From positions 34,589 through 71,827 of the forward strand of contig CAYPAU010000002.1 of assembly GCA_964408825.1 (NCBI GenBank): 37,239 nucleotides of DNA, written 5' to 3'. This document shows positions 8,109 to 17,044 of the stretch, piece after piece. The DNA is from an uncultured Gammaproteobacteria bacterium (lineage in GTDB: Bacteria; Patescibacteriota; Microgenomatia; Levybacterales; UBA12049). A program made the position numbers and the translations under genes. Under the pieces are notes generated by a model, which saw nothing but the letters and a program-made list of their open reading frames with translations, did not search any database and was not told the origin of the DNA. How positions within the stretch are numbered: position 1 is the stretch's first letter; every line of letters begins with the position of its first letter.

Positions 8109-9512
8109 ATGATGCGCATTTACAATACTCTTTCGCGAAAGATTGAGGATTTTAAGCCGATTGCCTCCGATCATGTGGGGATTTATACCTGCGGACCTAC
8201 GGTTTACCGTGAGGTTCATATAGGAAATCTTCGTACTTATATCGGCGCAGATATTCTAAGGAGAGCTTTGATGTATAGCGGTTTCCGTGTAATTCATATC
8301 AAAAACATTACGGATGTCGGTCACATGAGAAGAATGGAGGAGGGGGACGAACAGATCGATCCCGTGATAGAGGAGGCATTGAAGGAAGGAAAAACGCCGC
8401 AGAAAATTTCCCGGCATTTTACGGATTTATTCTTAAAAGATGAGAAGAAACTTAATATTCTCCCCGCGACCGTTTATCCAAAAGCCACAGACCACGTAAA
8501 GGAGATGACAGAAGTTATCAAGATTTTGATTAAGAAAGGTTTTGCCTATCAAGTTGACGGAACAGTTTATTTTGATGTAAAGAAATTTAAGAATTACGGA
8601 AGATTATCCGGGAATACTTTGGATAAAATGGAGAATTTGCTTAAGGCCGTCCGGATTTCGGTTGAAACGGACAAAAAAGACAGCGCGGATTTTGCGCTTT
8701 GGAAAAAGGCAGAAAGAGACAGGCTTATGAAATGGGACAGTCCATGGGGGGAAGGGTTCCCCGGATGGCATATAGAATGCAGTGCCATGAGCATAAAATA
8801 TCTGGGCGATACTTTTGATATTCATACGGGAGGAGAGGATCTTGTCTTCCCCCATAACGAGGATGAGATTGCGCAGAGTGAGGCTGCGACCGGAAAAAAA
8901 TTTGCAAACTTTTGGTTTCATGGAGGTTATCTTTTGGTTGATAGCGAGAAAATGTCCCGTTCCAAAGGGAATGTTTATACGGTCTCCGATCTTGAAAAAC
9001 AGGGGTTTGACCCTCTCGCTTTTCGCTATTTGACATTGACTATTCATTACAGGACCCGAATGAATTTCACTTTTGAAGCCCTCAAGGCCGCTCAAACCGC
9101 TTTAAATAATTTAAGGGAAATTACTTCGGAATATAAAAATCCCAAGATTGGATGTGCAGAGTTTGAGGAAAAATTTGAAGAAGCGCTTAATGACGATTTA
9201 AATATGCCCAAAGCTTTAAGTATTGTCTGGGAGTTAGTTAAATCCGATTATCCGGATAGTGCCAAGGCCCAAAGCCTTTTTAAATTTGATAAAGTCTTAG
9301 GGCTTGATTTGGAAAGATCAAAAGAATTATTTAAGAAAAAGAAGGAACCGATACCGGATGAAGTTTTAGAATTAGTCAAGGAAAGAGAAGAGCTTCGAAG
9401 GAAAAAAAGATATCATCTTGCGGACCAATGGAGACATAAAATAAAGAAAAAGGGCTATGACATAGAGGATGCCAAAGACGGTACAACGATTATTAAGAAG
9501 ATTAAATCTTAA
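8109..9512 (+). CDS. cysS: Cysteine--tRNA ligase
   Basis: YTCGPTVY, HIGN, DFALWK, GFPGWHIECSAM, KMSRS. Confidence 0.97.
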   Translation: MMRIYNTLSRKIEDFKPIASDHVGIYTCGPTVYREVHIGNLRTYIGADILRRALMYSGFRVIHIKNITDVGHMRRMEEGDEQIDPVIEEALKEGKTPQKISRHFTDLFLKDEKKLNILPATVYPKATDHVKEMTEVIKILIKKGFAYQVDGTVYFDVKKFKNYGRLSGNTLDKMENLLKAVRISVETDKKDSADFALWKKAERDRLMKWDSPWGEGFPGWHIECSAMSIKYLGDTFDIHTGGEDLVFPHNEDEIAQSEAATGKKFANFWFHGGYLLVDSEKMSRSKGNVYTVSDLEKQGFDPLAFRYLTLTIHYRTRMNFTFEALKAAQTALNNLREITSEYKNPKIGCAEFEEKFEEALNDDLNMPKALSIVWELVKSDYPDSAKAQSLFKFDKVLGLDLERSKELFKKKKEPIPDEVLELVKEREELRRKKRYHLADQWRHKIKKKGYDIEDAKDGTTIIKKIKS

Positions 9513-9674
9513 TAATTTCTAAAAACTTTTATATAGCAACTTTCTCTCTTCTTACACATTCTTAACATAATTTTTTTTGAAATATTACGATTGGTGCCTA
9601 CGCTTGAGCTTGTTAAATAAAAATAAGGGGCAGTTTCCGTCCCTGTTTTAGGCTGTGTAATGCCTTAAGTTATA

Positions 9675-11696
9675 ATGAAAACAAATCCTTGGCTTTCATC
9701 AAAGATTCTAAAGACCTTTGAGGAGATGAGTCATGGATGTGTGGTTTTTGATAAGAATTGGAACTATATTTTTTTAAATAAATCTGCCCGGAAATTATTA
9801 AAAATAAACAACAAGAACGCTTTAGGGAAAAATCTTTTCGAACTTTCGCCTTATCTTAAAAAGACAGAGTTATACCAGAAATCAAAAAAAATTTCTCAAT
9901 CCGCCCGCCTGCCGGACGGACAGGCCGCTCGGCGGACCACTTTTGAATATTTCCTTCCAGCTATCGGCAAATGTCTTAAAATTGCTGTTTACCCATTCAA
10001 GGAGGGAACTGTTTGTATTTTTTGGGATATTTCTGATAAGAAAAGGACAGAAGATAATCTTAAATTTTTGTCTGAGGCCGGAAAAATTCTTGGTTCATCG
10101 ATGGATTATCAGATCACCCTAAACACTATTGCCCACCTTGCAATTTCTCAAATCGCCGACTGGTGTCTCGTCGAAATGTTGGATGGTAAGGAGAAACTTG
10201 TCCGTGTCGCAATAGAACACAGAAATCCTCAGGTGGTAAAATGGGCAAAACGAATTTCTCAAATAGTCCCTCCATACATGGAAGCCTCTCAAGGATCGCC
10301 AAATGTTCTTCGAACTGGTAAATCGGAGCTTTATCCCATTGTGACAGAATCAATGCTTAAGCTTTCCGCACGTAATAAATTTGAACTTAGGATACTAAAG
10401 AAAGTCGGATTCAATTCTGTAATTGTAGTTCCTCTTAAGATTAAAGACAAAACTATCGGTGCAATAACATTTGTAGCAACCACGGAATCTGGGAAATCTT
10501 TTGATAAGATTGATCTTATGATGGCGGAGGAACTTGCTCAACGTGCCTCCCTTGCAATTCAAAATGCAAAAATCTATAAAGGTGCCCAGGATGAACTGCG
10601 GGAAAGAAGGAGAATTGAGGAGGAATTGAGAGCCTCCCGTGATCAACTTAACGTAATATTTCAGAATGTTGCCGATGGAATAACGGTTCAGGACGGATCT
10701 GGAAAATTAATTTATGCCAATAAAATGGCTTCTTTGATAGCCGGTTATAGTTCGACCTCTGAGATGATTGAGAATCCAATGGCCTGGATGGACAGATTTG
10801 AACTTTTCGATGAGGAAGGAAATGAATTAGAGGATAAAAAATTTCCGGGAAGAAGGGCTTTGGAAGGAGAGATTAATCCCCAAGAAATAATACAGTACGT
10901 GGACAAGATAACCGGAGAAAAAAAGTGGTCTGTGGTTAAGGCAAGACCTGTTTTTAATGAAAGGGGAGAGGTGGTTCTTATTATAAATATAATTCAGGAT
11001 ATTACACAAAGATTTGCGCAGGAACAGAAAAAAGATGAATTCGTTGCCCTGGCATCCCATGAACTTAAGACCCCTGTTACGACTCTTAAAATGTATACTC
11101 AGCTTCTTGAGAAAAAATCAGAAAAAGCAGGGGACTTAAAAAATCGGGAAATCTTTTTTAAGATGAATAAACAGGTTGACAGACTCACAGAGCTTATAAA
11201 AGACCTTCTTGATATATCAAAAATTAGGCTCGGAAGACTCGAATATAAAATGGAAAAATTTAGAATGGATCAGCTTATTAGGGAAACGGTTGATAATATT
11301 CAACTTGTTTCAACAACGCACAGGATTTTTTTGAACGGAATAAAAAAGCAAAAAGTTGTGGGAGATAGGGAAAGAATAGGTCAAGTTCTCATAAATCTTA
11401 TAAATAATGCCATAAAATATTCTCCCAAGGGAAACAAAGTAATTGTCGGTTCTTCAAAAAACGGGAATAAAATAATTGTAAGCGTTCAGGATTTTGGAAT
11501 GGGTATACCGCAGAAGAGCAGAAGAAAAATATTTGAAAGATTTTTCCAGGCAGAAGGTGTCAATCAAACCTTTCCGGGCTTGGGACTTGGACTCTATATA
11601 TCGTCCCAAATTATAAAAAGACATCACGGAGGAATCTGGGTTAAGAGCGAAAAAGGCAAGGGATCTACTTTTTCATTTTCTCTCCCTACTGCTTAA
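9675..11696 (+). CDS. Cytoplasmic PAS-GAF-PAS sensor histidine kinase
   Basis: ASHELKTP H-box, NLINNAIKY N-box, DFGMGI, GLGLGL, GKGSTF; no TM segment. Confidence 0.93.
   Translation: MKTNPWLSSKILKTFEEMSHGCVVFDKNWNYIFLNKSARKLLKINNKNALGKNLFELSPYLKKTELYQKSKKISQSARLPDGQAARRTTFEYFLPAIGKCLKIAVYPFKEGTVCIFWDISDKKRTEDNLKFLSEAGKILGSSMDYQITLNTIAHLAISQIADWCLVEMLDGKEKLVRVAIEHRNPQVVKWAKRISQIVPPYMEASQGSPNVLRTGKSELYPIVTESMLKLSARNKFELRILKKVGFNSVIVVPLKIKDKTIGAITFVATTESGKSFDKIDLMMAEELAQRASLAIQNAKIYKGAQDELRERRRIEEELRASRDQLNVIFQNVADGITVQDGSGKLIYANKMASLIAGYSSTSEMIENPMAWMDRFELFDEEGNELEDKKFPGRRALEGEINPQEIIQYVDKITGEKKWSVVKARPVFNERGEVVLIINIIQDITQRFAQEQKKDEFVALASHELKTPVTTLKMYTQLLEKKSEKAGDLKNREIFFKMNKQVDRLTELIKDLLDISKIRLGRLEYKMEKFRMDQLIRETVDNIQLVSTTHRIFLNGIKKQKVVGDRERIGQVLINLINNAIKYSPKGNKVIVGSSKNGNKIIVSVQDFGMGIPQKSRRKIFERFFQAEGVNQTFPGLGLGLYISSQIIKRHHGGIWVKSEKGKGSTFSFSLPTA
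9900..9936. repeat. Nested GC-rich mini-palindrome, in-frame in the kinase PAS region
   Basis: TCCGCC[CGCCTGCCGGACGGACAGGC]CGCTCGGCGGA encodes SARLPDGQAARR. Confidence 0.7.
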
Positions 11697-11734
11697 GTCT
11701 TTTTTCATTTTTTAAAATAAGTTATAATAATTTT

Positions 11735-12778
11735 TTGATGTTTAAAATCCGCACATTAATTATCTTATCTTTGGGAATTTTGGTGGTTTTTATAGCGAGT
11801 CTTTTAGGCTTTCAAAAAGACAGACTTAATCAAGTAACAGATAACATACAGGAAGGTATAGACGATGGAGGGATTCTGAATAGGCTTAATCCCTTATCTA
11901 TTGAAACTCTAAAAAGTCAGGAATATCCCGGAAGCGATATGGTTATTGAACAGACTTTGGACAACTCGCCAAATTATAAAAGGTATATCGCTTCATATAA
12001 ATCAGACGGGCTTAAGATTTATGGGCTTTTGACAATACCCTTGGGAAAAATGCCGGAGGGTGGATGGCCCGCAATTATTTTTAACCACGGTTATATCGTC
12101 CCTTCCGAGTATAAAACAACGGAAAGGTATAGTGCCTATCTTGATAGTTTTGCAAGAGAAGGTTTCGTAGTCTTTAAGCCTGATTACCGAGGCCATGGAG
12201 AATCGGAAGGAAATCCCACCGGTGCCTACGGATCAAACGATTACACGATAGATGTTTTAAATGCGGTTTCATTAATCAAAAAACTTAAAGAAGTAAATCC
12301 CGGGAAAATCGGTATGTGGGGACATTCGCTTGGAGGATTTATAACTTTAAGGAGTATGGTTGCCACAAAAGATATAAAAGCAGGCGTAATTTGGGCAGGA
12401 GTTGTTGCGTCCTATCCTGATCTTTTAACGCGTTGGAGAAGAGGGAGTGCAACACCTTTCCCTTTGCCGTCCGGTGCAAGGCGATGGAGGCAAATACTTC
12501 AAGAACGGTTTGGAACTCCAGAGCAAAATCCTTCTTTTTGGAATTCGATTTCCGCAAACTCATATCTTGCAGACATTTCAGGACCGCTTGCGCTTCATCA
12601 TGGGACTTCTGATTCTTCTGTCCCTATTGAATTTTCAGAAAAGTTAGCAGAGCAAATGAAAGAGGCAGGGAAAACCGTTGAGTTTTATTCCTATCCGGGG
12701 GATGATCATAATATCTCTCAAAATTTTAATCTTGCAATGCAAAGATCCATTGAGTTTTTTGATAAACGCCTAAAGTAA
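11735..12778 (+). CDS. Membrane-anchored alpha/beta hydrolase (peptidase S9-like)
   Basis: N-terminal TM, HGY, DYRGHG, GHSLGG nucleophile, HGTSDSSV, GDDH. Confidence 0.88.
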   Translation: MMFKIRTLIILSLGILVVFIASLLGFQKDRLNQVTDNIQEGIDDGGILNRLNPLSIETLKSQEYPGSDMVIEQTLDNSPNYKRYIASYKSDGLKIYGLLTIPLGKMPEGGWPAIIFNHGYIVPSEYKTTERYSAYLDSFAREGFVVFKPDYRGHGESEGNPTGAYGSNDYTIDVLNAVSLIKKLKEVNPGKIGMWGHSLGGFITLRSMVATKDIKAGVIWAGVVASYPDLLTRWRRGSATPFPLPSGARRWRQILQERFGTPEQNPSFWNSISANSYLADISGPLALHHGTSDSSVPIEFSEKLAEQMKEAGKTVEFYSYPGDDHNISQNFNLAMQRSIEFFDKRLK

Positions 12779-12866
12779 GATTTGCACTTTTAGACTGTTG
12801 ATTTATTGATTAGTTAATTGTAAATTGTTAAATGTTAATTGTTATTTATGGGGGGGGTGATAAAGA

Positions 12867-13313
12867 ATGAGTAGAAATTTAATTATTGCTGTAGTTGCCG
12901 TAACAATTATTGTTGTAGGCGCAGCTTTTGTTGTAAAGAATTCTCCAAGTCAGAACAGAACTTCCCAAGGGGAGACTCAAACATCGCAGCCAACGCAGGA
13001 AAGTAAACCAAATGCGACTGACTCAGAAACAACACAAAACGTTAGAGAGTTTACTGTCACAGGAAGTCCATTTAAGTTTGATATCAAAGAAATAAGAGTG
13101 AAAAAAGGAGAAAAAGTTAAAATAGTTTTCAAGAATTCAGCCGGAACCCATAACCTTACTATAGATGGGCTAAACGTAGGAACTCCTGAAATACAGGCAG
13201 GTCAAGAGACAGCAGTTGAATTTACCGCCGATAAAGCCGGTACCTTTGAATATTACTGTTCGGTTGGTAATCACAGGGAAATGGGGATGGTCGGAACTTT
13301 GGTTGTTGAATAG
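12867..13313 (+). CDS. Membrane-anchored cupredoxin-domain protein
   Basis: HN ... YYCSVGNHREMGM type-1 copper ligand set (His, Cys, His, Met). Confidence 0.9.
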   Translation: MSRNLIIAVVAVTIIVVGAAFVVKNSPSQNRTSQGETQTSQPTQESKPNATDSETTQNVREFTVTGSPFKFDIKEIRVKKGEKVKIVFKNSAGTHNLTIDGLNVGTPEIQAGQETAVEFTADKAGTFEYYCSVGNHREMGMVGTLVVE

Positions 13314-13362
13314 TGGCCCTGATTAGTAGTGACTAGTTACTAGTTGCTAATTGCTTATTTTT

Positions 13363-14310
13363 ATGATGAGGAGGGAGCGCCTTGCAAGAGGAAAACTTAT
13401 TCGTCTTTTAAGACTTTTTTTTCTCGTCGTTTTTGTTACCTCTGTTTGGATAATTCTTGCCAACAGAGTCTCTTCAAATACGATAATCTCACCTCTCTCC
13501 TCCTCAATACTTACCTCAAGTCTTCCTGTTCAGGATACAAAGGGAGAAAGTGTTTTGGGAGATATAGTGAAAGATACATTGAAAGATGCAAAGGGGGATT
13601 ACTCAGTGGTTATTTCAAATCTTAAGACTTCGGAAAGTTATTCTTTAGATGAGCATAAAGTTTTTGAAGCCGGAAGTTTATATAAGCTTTGGGTTATGGG
13701 AGCTACCTTTGCGCAGCTTAGAAATGGAATTTGGGAAGAAAATACTATTTTGAGTGAGGATATAAAAGTCTTAAACGAAAAATTTCATCTTGCAACTGAG
13801 TCCGCAGAACTAGAGGAAGGTAAAATTGAGCTTCCAGTAAACACTGCTCTCCGCAGGATGATAACCATTTCAGATAATTACTCGGCGCTTCTTCTTGCAT
13901 GGAAACTGCGGCTTTCAAAGGTCTCGGCTTTTATGGATTCAAGAGGATTTTTTGAATCAAAGCTTGGGGGAAGCGACGAACTTCCTACCACAACGGCCTA
14001 TGATATGGCGTTATTTTTTGAAAGACTCTACAAAGGTCAACTTGCCGACTCAAAGAGTACACAAGAGATGATTGAACTTCTTAAAGCCCAGCAGCTAAAC
14101 AGTAAAATTCCAAAACTTCTACCCCAAGAAACAATTATTGCCCACAAAACCGGAGAGCTGGGACTTACGACTCATGACGCCGGAATTGTTTATCACCCAA
14201 AGGGAGACTATATAATAGTGGTAATGTCTAGTAGTTCAAGACCGGCAGACGCCGTAGAGAAAATTGCCCAAGTTTCTAAATCAGTTTTTGACTATTTTAG
14301 TAGCCGATAA
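13363..14310 (+). CDS. Serine hydrolase, class A beta-lactamase-like / PBP fold
   Basis: SLYK (SxxK), SDN, HKTG motifs; N-terminal TM. Confidence 0.88.
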   Translation: MMRRERLARGKLIRLLRLFFLVVFVTSVWIILANRVSSNTIISPLSSSILTSSLPVQDTKGESVLGDIVKDTLKDAKGDYSVVISNLKTSESYSLDEHKVFEAGSLYKLWVMGATFAQLRNGIWEENTILSEDIKVLNEKFHLATESAELEEGKIELPVNTALRRMITISDNYSALLLAWKLRLSKVSAFMDSRGFFESKLGGSDELPTTTAYDMALFFERLYKGQLADSKSTQEMIELLKAQQLNSKIPKLLPQETIIAHKTGELGLTTHDAGIVYHPKGDYIIVVMSSSSRPADAVEKIAQVSKSVFDYFSSR

Positions 14311-15445
14311 AGTTAAGAAGATCTTCGGCCTCTTTTAAATTTTGGTTATAGAATACCGCTTTTTGAAATTCTGAGCGGGCCTTTTCGAGATTTCCTTGTC
14401 TTTGGTAAATTTTGCCTCTTAAAACATAAAGCTCTGAAAACGCGCGATTGTAATTGTTAAGAACCCTGTCGGTTATTTCAAAAACTCTGTCATAATTTCC
14501 AAGCTCAAAATAAGCTTGAGTTGGCTCTATCTGATACCAGAGAGTCCGGAAGGGAAGAAGATTTTCTACTTTTTCAAACTCCTCGGTTGATCTTTGATAA
14601 TTTCCAATATTGTAAAGCGCAACGGAAAGATTAAATCGCGCATAAATGTCACTGGGATTTTCCAATAGTTCCCGTTCGGAGTTTGCCACAGCGTTCTGCC
14701 AGGAGGCTTGGGCGTTGAGATTTGGACCCAGGATTTGTTCTGCGATTTTCTGTTTGTCCCCTGGAACCAAAACTAGGTACTCATAGTTAAACTTTTCCCA
14801 GAGAATATTGAAATCATCATAAGAAAAACTCAAATTTTTATTTTGTAAACTATCGTCCTGAATAAATATTCCGAGGGCTTCATCGTATCCTTTAATTATT
14901 CTGTAATGCCCTATGTCTTCATTTGGTTTGGTCAACGTTCTGGCAATTACAGGCATGTCATTTGCAATAAATTGTTTAACAATTTCCGGATTTCCCATTG
15001 GGCGGTGATAGGGGATAAGGCCGTAGTTCTTTCCCTTTTCCGCAAGCTCCTCAAGCGTTACAGACTTATCATCATTATCCCCGGAAGCGACTTGATATGG
15101 ACGCAAGTCCTGTCCAAGTTTTTCTTGAGACTCGTTTACCCCATGGTAAGAAAGAGCCATTGATAGAGCAGCGGGACCGCAGTTATTAAATGTTTGAAAA
15201 ATGTGATAGTCGCCATTTGATAAAATTTTTTGGTTCGGAACCGCAGAGAGCTGGACCGGTGTTAGGGAAAGAGACGAAGGAGAAACGACGGAAACAGGAC
15301 TAATGCCCACTTGAACCCGCCTGCCCTGCCCTGCCGGCAGGCGGGCGGCAGGCAGGGTTTTCTCAGAGTAGGATTTGTAGCTTAGGATAATTATTAAAAC
15401 TGCAGATAGTATCAGAACCGCTGATGTTAAAACGATTTTTTTCAT
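14297..15445 (-). CDS. C39-like cysteine peptidase with C-terminal TPRs
   Basis: QTFNNCGP, GHY, QDDS catalytic pattern; TPR-like helices; signal anchor. Confidence 0.85.
   Translation of the reverse strand: MKKIVLTSAVLILSAVLIIILSYKSYSEKTLPAARLPAGQGRRVQVGISPVSVVSPSSLSLTPVQLSAVPNQKILSNGDYHIFQTFNNCGPAALSMALSYHGVNESQEKLGQDLRPYQVASGDNDDKSVTLEELAEKGKNYGLIPYHRPMGNPEIVKQFIANDMPVIARTLTKPNEDIGHYRIIKGYDEALGIFIQDDSLQNKNLSFSYDDFNILWEKFNYEYLVLVPGDKQKIAEQILGPNLNAQASWQNAVANSERELLENPSDIYARFNLSVALYNIGNYQRSTEEFEKVENLLPFRTLWYQIEPTQAYFELGNYDRVFEITDRVLNNYNRAFSELYVLRGKIYQRQGNLEKARSEFQKAVFYNQNLKEAEDLLNFIGY
15316..15356. repeat. CCTGCCTGCCGGCAGGCAGG-family palindrome with a second copy inserted at its centre, in-frame
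   Basis: Removing 15325-15345 regenerates CCCGCCTGCCGGCAGGCAGG; encodes LPAARLPAGQGRR. Confidence 0.8.
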
Positions 15446-15530
15446 CAAGGTATTCTAGCAAATTTATTACTTCTTTGGGAGAATACTCTGTATGAAAAAT
15501 GTGAAATTTTTCTCCTTGAAATTTTCACAC

Positions 15531-15559
15531 TTGCAATTTTCACAAGACAGAGTGATAAT
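15531..15559 (+). promoter_or_regulatory. Putative sigma70 promoter for the GC-rich cassette, overlapped by repeated AATTTTCAC sites
   Basis: TTGCAA-17-GATAAT; AATTTTCAC at 15520 and 15535, near-inverted GTGAAATTT at 15501. Confidence 0.55.
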
Positions 15560-15565
15560 ACGAGG

Positions 15566-15871
15566 AGTTACCGAACTTTGCGTCCGAGAATTGTTAAGAC
15601 GCAAGATGAAGGACTCATTTTGTTTTTTCTTTTTCATCAAATTGCTGATGTCTTAAGGAAAAACAAATCGCACATTGAAAAGTTCTGGAATAAGTTTATT
15701 TTGATGTGTGGAACAGGGTTCTCCCTGTCTTTTGATGATCGATTCATCAGCGGACAGGGGGAACTCATCTGCACGCCAAATTAAGGAGGTTTTATCGAAA
15801 GAGGATTAATACACCGTCGCAAGCGAAAATACCCACACCCAGCCTAACAAGAAGGGACCAACAGGAGGTAC
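15566..15871 (+). ncRNA. Putative structured ~300-nt 5' leader
   Basis: Three consecutive hairpins (about 15618-15667, 15669-15710, 15719-15763) with G-U pairs on the + strand, plus segments complementary to the 3' flank. Confidence 0.5.
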
Positions 15872-16543
15872 ATGATGCAGCTCATCGCCGCACGAAGGTT
15901 CCCGCTGGGCATTGTGGTCCTGATCGCAGTGGCGCTCGCCGCATTCACGGTGCTGCTAAGCGCTCACGACGGTCACGCCAACGCCAGAGCCAGTCCCGCG
16001 GGATCCGCTGATCAAGCAGTGGTCGCGACCTCGTCAAGCATTCACGTGGACGACGTCACCACCACCGCCATCGCGGACAACACGACCGCCGGCGCTATCG
16101 GACAGTTATCCCGATCCAACATTGCGGGTGACCCGAACAGCCTCGGCGGCATCACCGACTACTCAAACATCTCCGGCAACGGCGCCCGAGCTGGACCGGC
16201 TGCGGGTCTGAGCACCGTCGACTACGGCGACACCAGCACCGCTGGAACTTTCGTGGCAGACACCCTCACTACGCAAGAAGCTCTTGCGACGTCCGTCGCG
16301 ACTTCCGACGACCCGAGCCTCACCGGCGTCCTGGCGAACTACGTCCTGATGTTATCGCTGACTGCAATCGCGATCGTCGGCGTGTTCGCCATCTATCTGG
16401 GCCTGCGACTGTACGGCAAGAACGGAGGGGTGTTTTCCAACATCCGCCTTGCCGGCACTGGCCTGCAGTTTGTGTCCCGAAGACAACACGACTCGTCATC
16501 GGGTCACCTGATGTCCTGCGTCGCCGGCGCTGCCTGCTCCTGA
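15872..16543 (+). CDS. GC-rich hypothetical membrane protein (signal peptide, Thr/Ala/Ser/Asp-rich region, C-terminal TM)
   Basis: AGGAGGT SD; C/G-ending codons; 38/60 GC in line 16021 versus 15/60 in line 17101. Confidence 0.8.
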   Translation: MMQLIAARRFPLGIVVLIAVALAAFTVLLSAHDGHANARASPAGSADQAVVATSSSIHVDDVTTTAIADNTTAGAIGQLSRSNIAGDPNSLGGITDYSNISGNGARAGPAAGLSTVDYGDTSTAGTFVADTLTTQEALATSVATSDDPSLTGVLANYVLMLSLTAIAIVGVFAIYLGLRLYGKNGGVFSNIRLAGTGLQFVSRRQHDSSSGHLMSCVAGAACS

Positions 16544-16970
16544 CGCACCAGCACTGCGCGTCTTGTAGGAGGCGGTAACGCTTTCCATTCCCGGCTATGG
16601 GCACTTCGGAGACCTTGTCTTCGATCGAACCACTCTGGGATGCCCCCTCCCCCCGGAGTAAACCAACGCTTCTATGCCAACAGGGTCTTTCGGGGTAACC
16701 CGTAGCCCATTCCGCAGCAGTGCAGATGAGTTTCCCCACAAAATTCTGTGCTAATACGGAAATCGGCAAGTTTATCAGACTTGGAGGTTGACATGACCGG
16801 CTTTCAAATGCTTATTCCAGCTTTTATTTTAAGAGAGAAGAGAAGGGTTAAAAACCCAAAATGTTGTCGAGATACCTTGATTGCAGTTAAGACTTACGCG
16901 TCTTAATTTTGCGGCCATGGTCCCTCTACCTCATTTACACTTTCTCTCTTATCCTTTGAAAATAAAGAAA
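16544..16970 (+). ncRNA. Putative structured 3' trailer
   Basis: Nested stems GCACTGC/GCAGTGC, ATGGGC/GCCCAT, GAGACCTTGT/ACAGGGTCTT, ACTCTGGG/CCCGGAGT, AAGAGAGAA/TTCTCTCTT; three segments complementary to the 5' leader. Confidence 0.45.
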
Positions 16971-17044
16971 TTTGTTTCCAGGGGATAATTTAAAACTTCA
17001 TCCAACAGCGCTTTTCTTGACATAACTAAAATCATTCTACTACA

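Noticed and set aside
8840-8870. cysS FPHNEDE and KMSRS deviations as a novel synthetase
   Set aside because: Zn ligands (two Cys, first His, Glu) are retained; likely ordinary variation.
13363-14310. Calling the serine hydrolase a resistance beta-lactamase
   Set aside because: SxxK/SDN/KTG motifs are shared by non-resistance PBP-like proteins; membrane-anchored; activity cannot be inferred.
15578-15784. 68-aa ORF in the leader
   Set aside because: TTG start and no recognisable features; better explained as structured leader, though a uORF is not excluded.
16544-16740. tRNA, tmRNA, RNase P or SRP RNA in the GC-rich trailer
   Set aside because: No T-loop/CCA cloverleaf, RNase P P4 or SRP motif recognised by eye; needs an Rfam scan.
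16320-16769. 149-aa minus-strand ORF over the GC-rich cassette
   Set aside because: Arg-rich shadow expected from high GC; the + strand ORF has the SD, signal peptide and codon bias.
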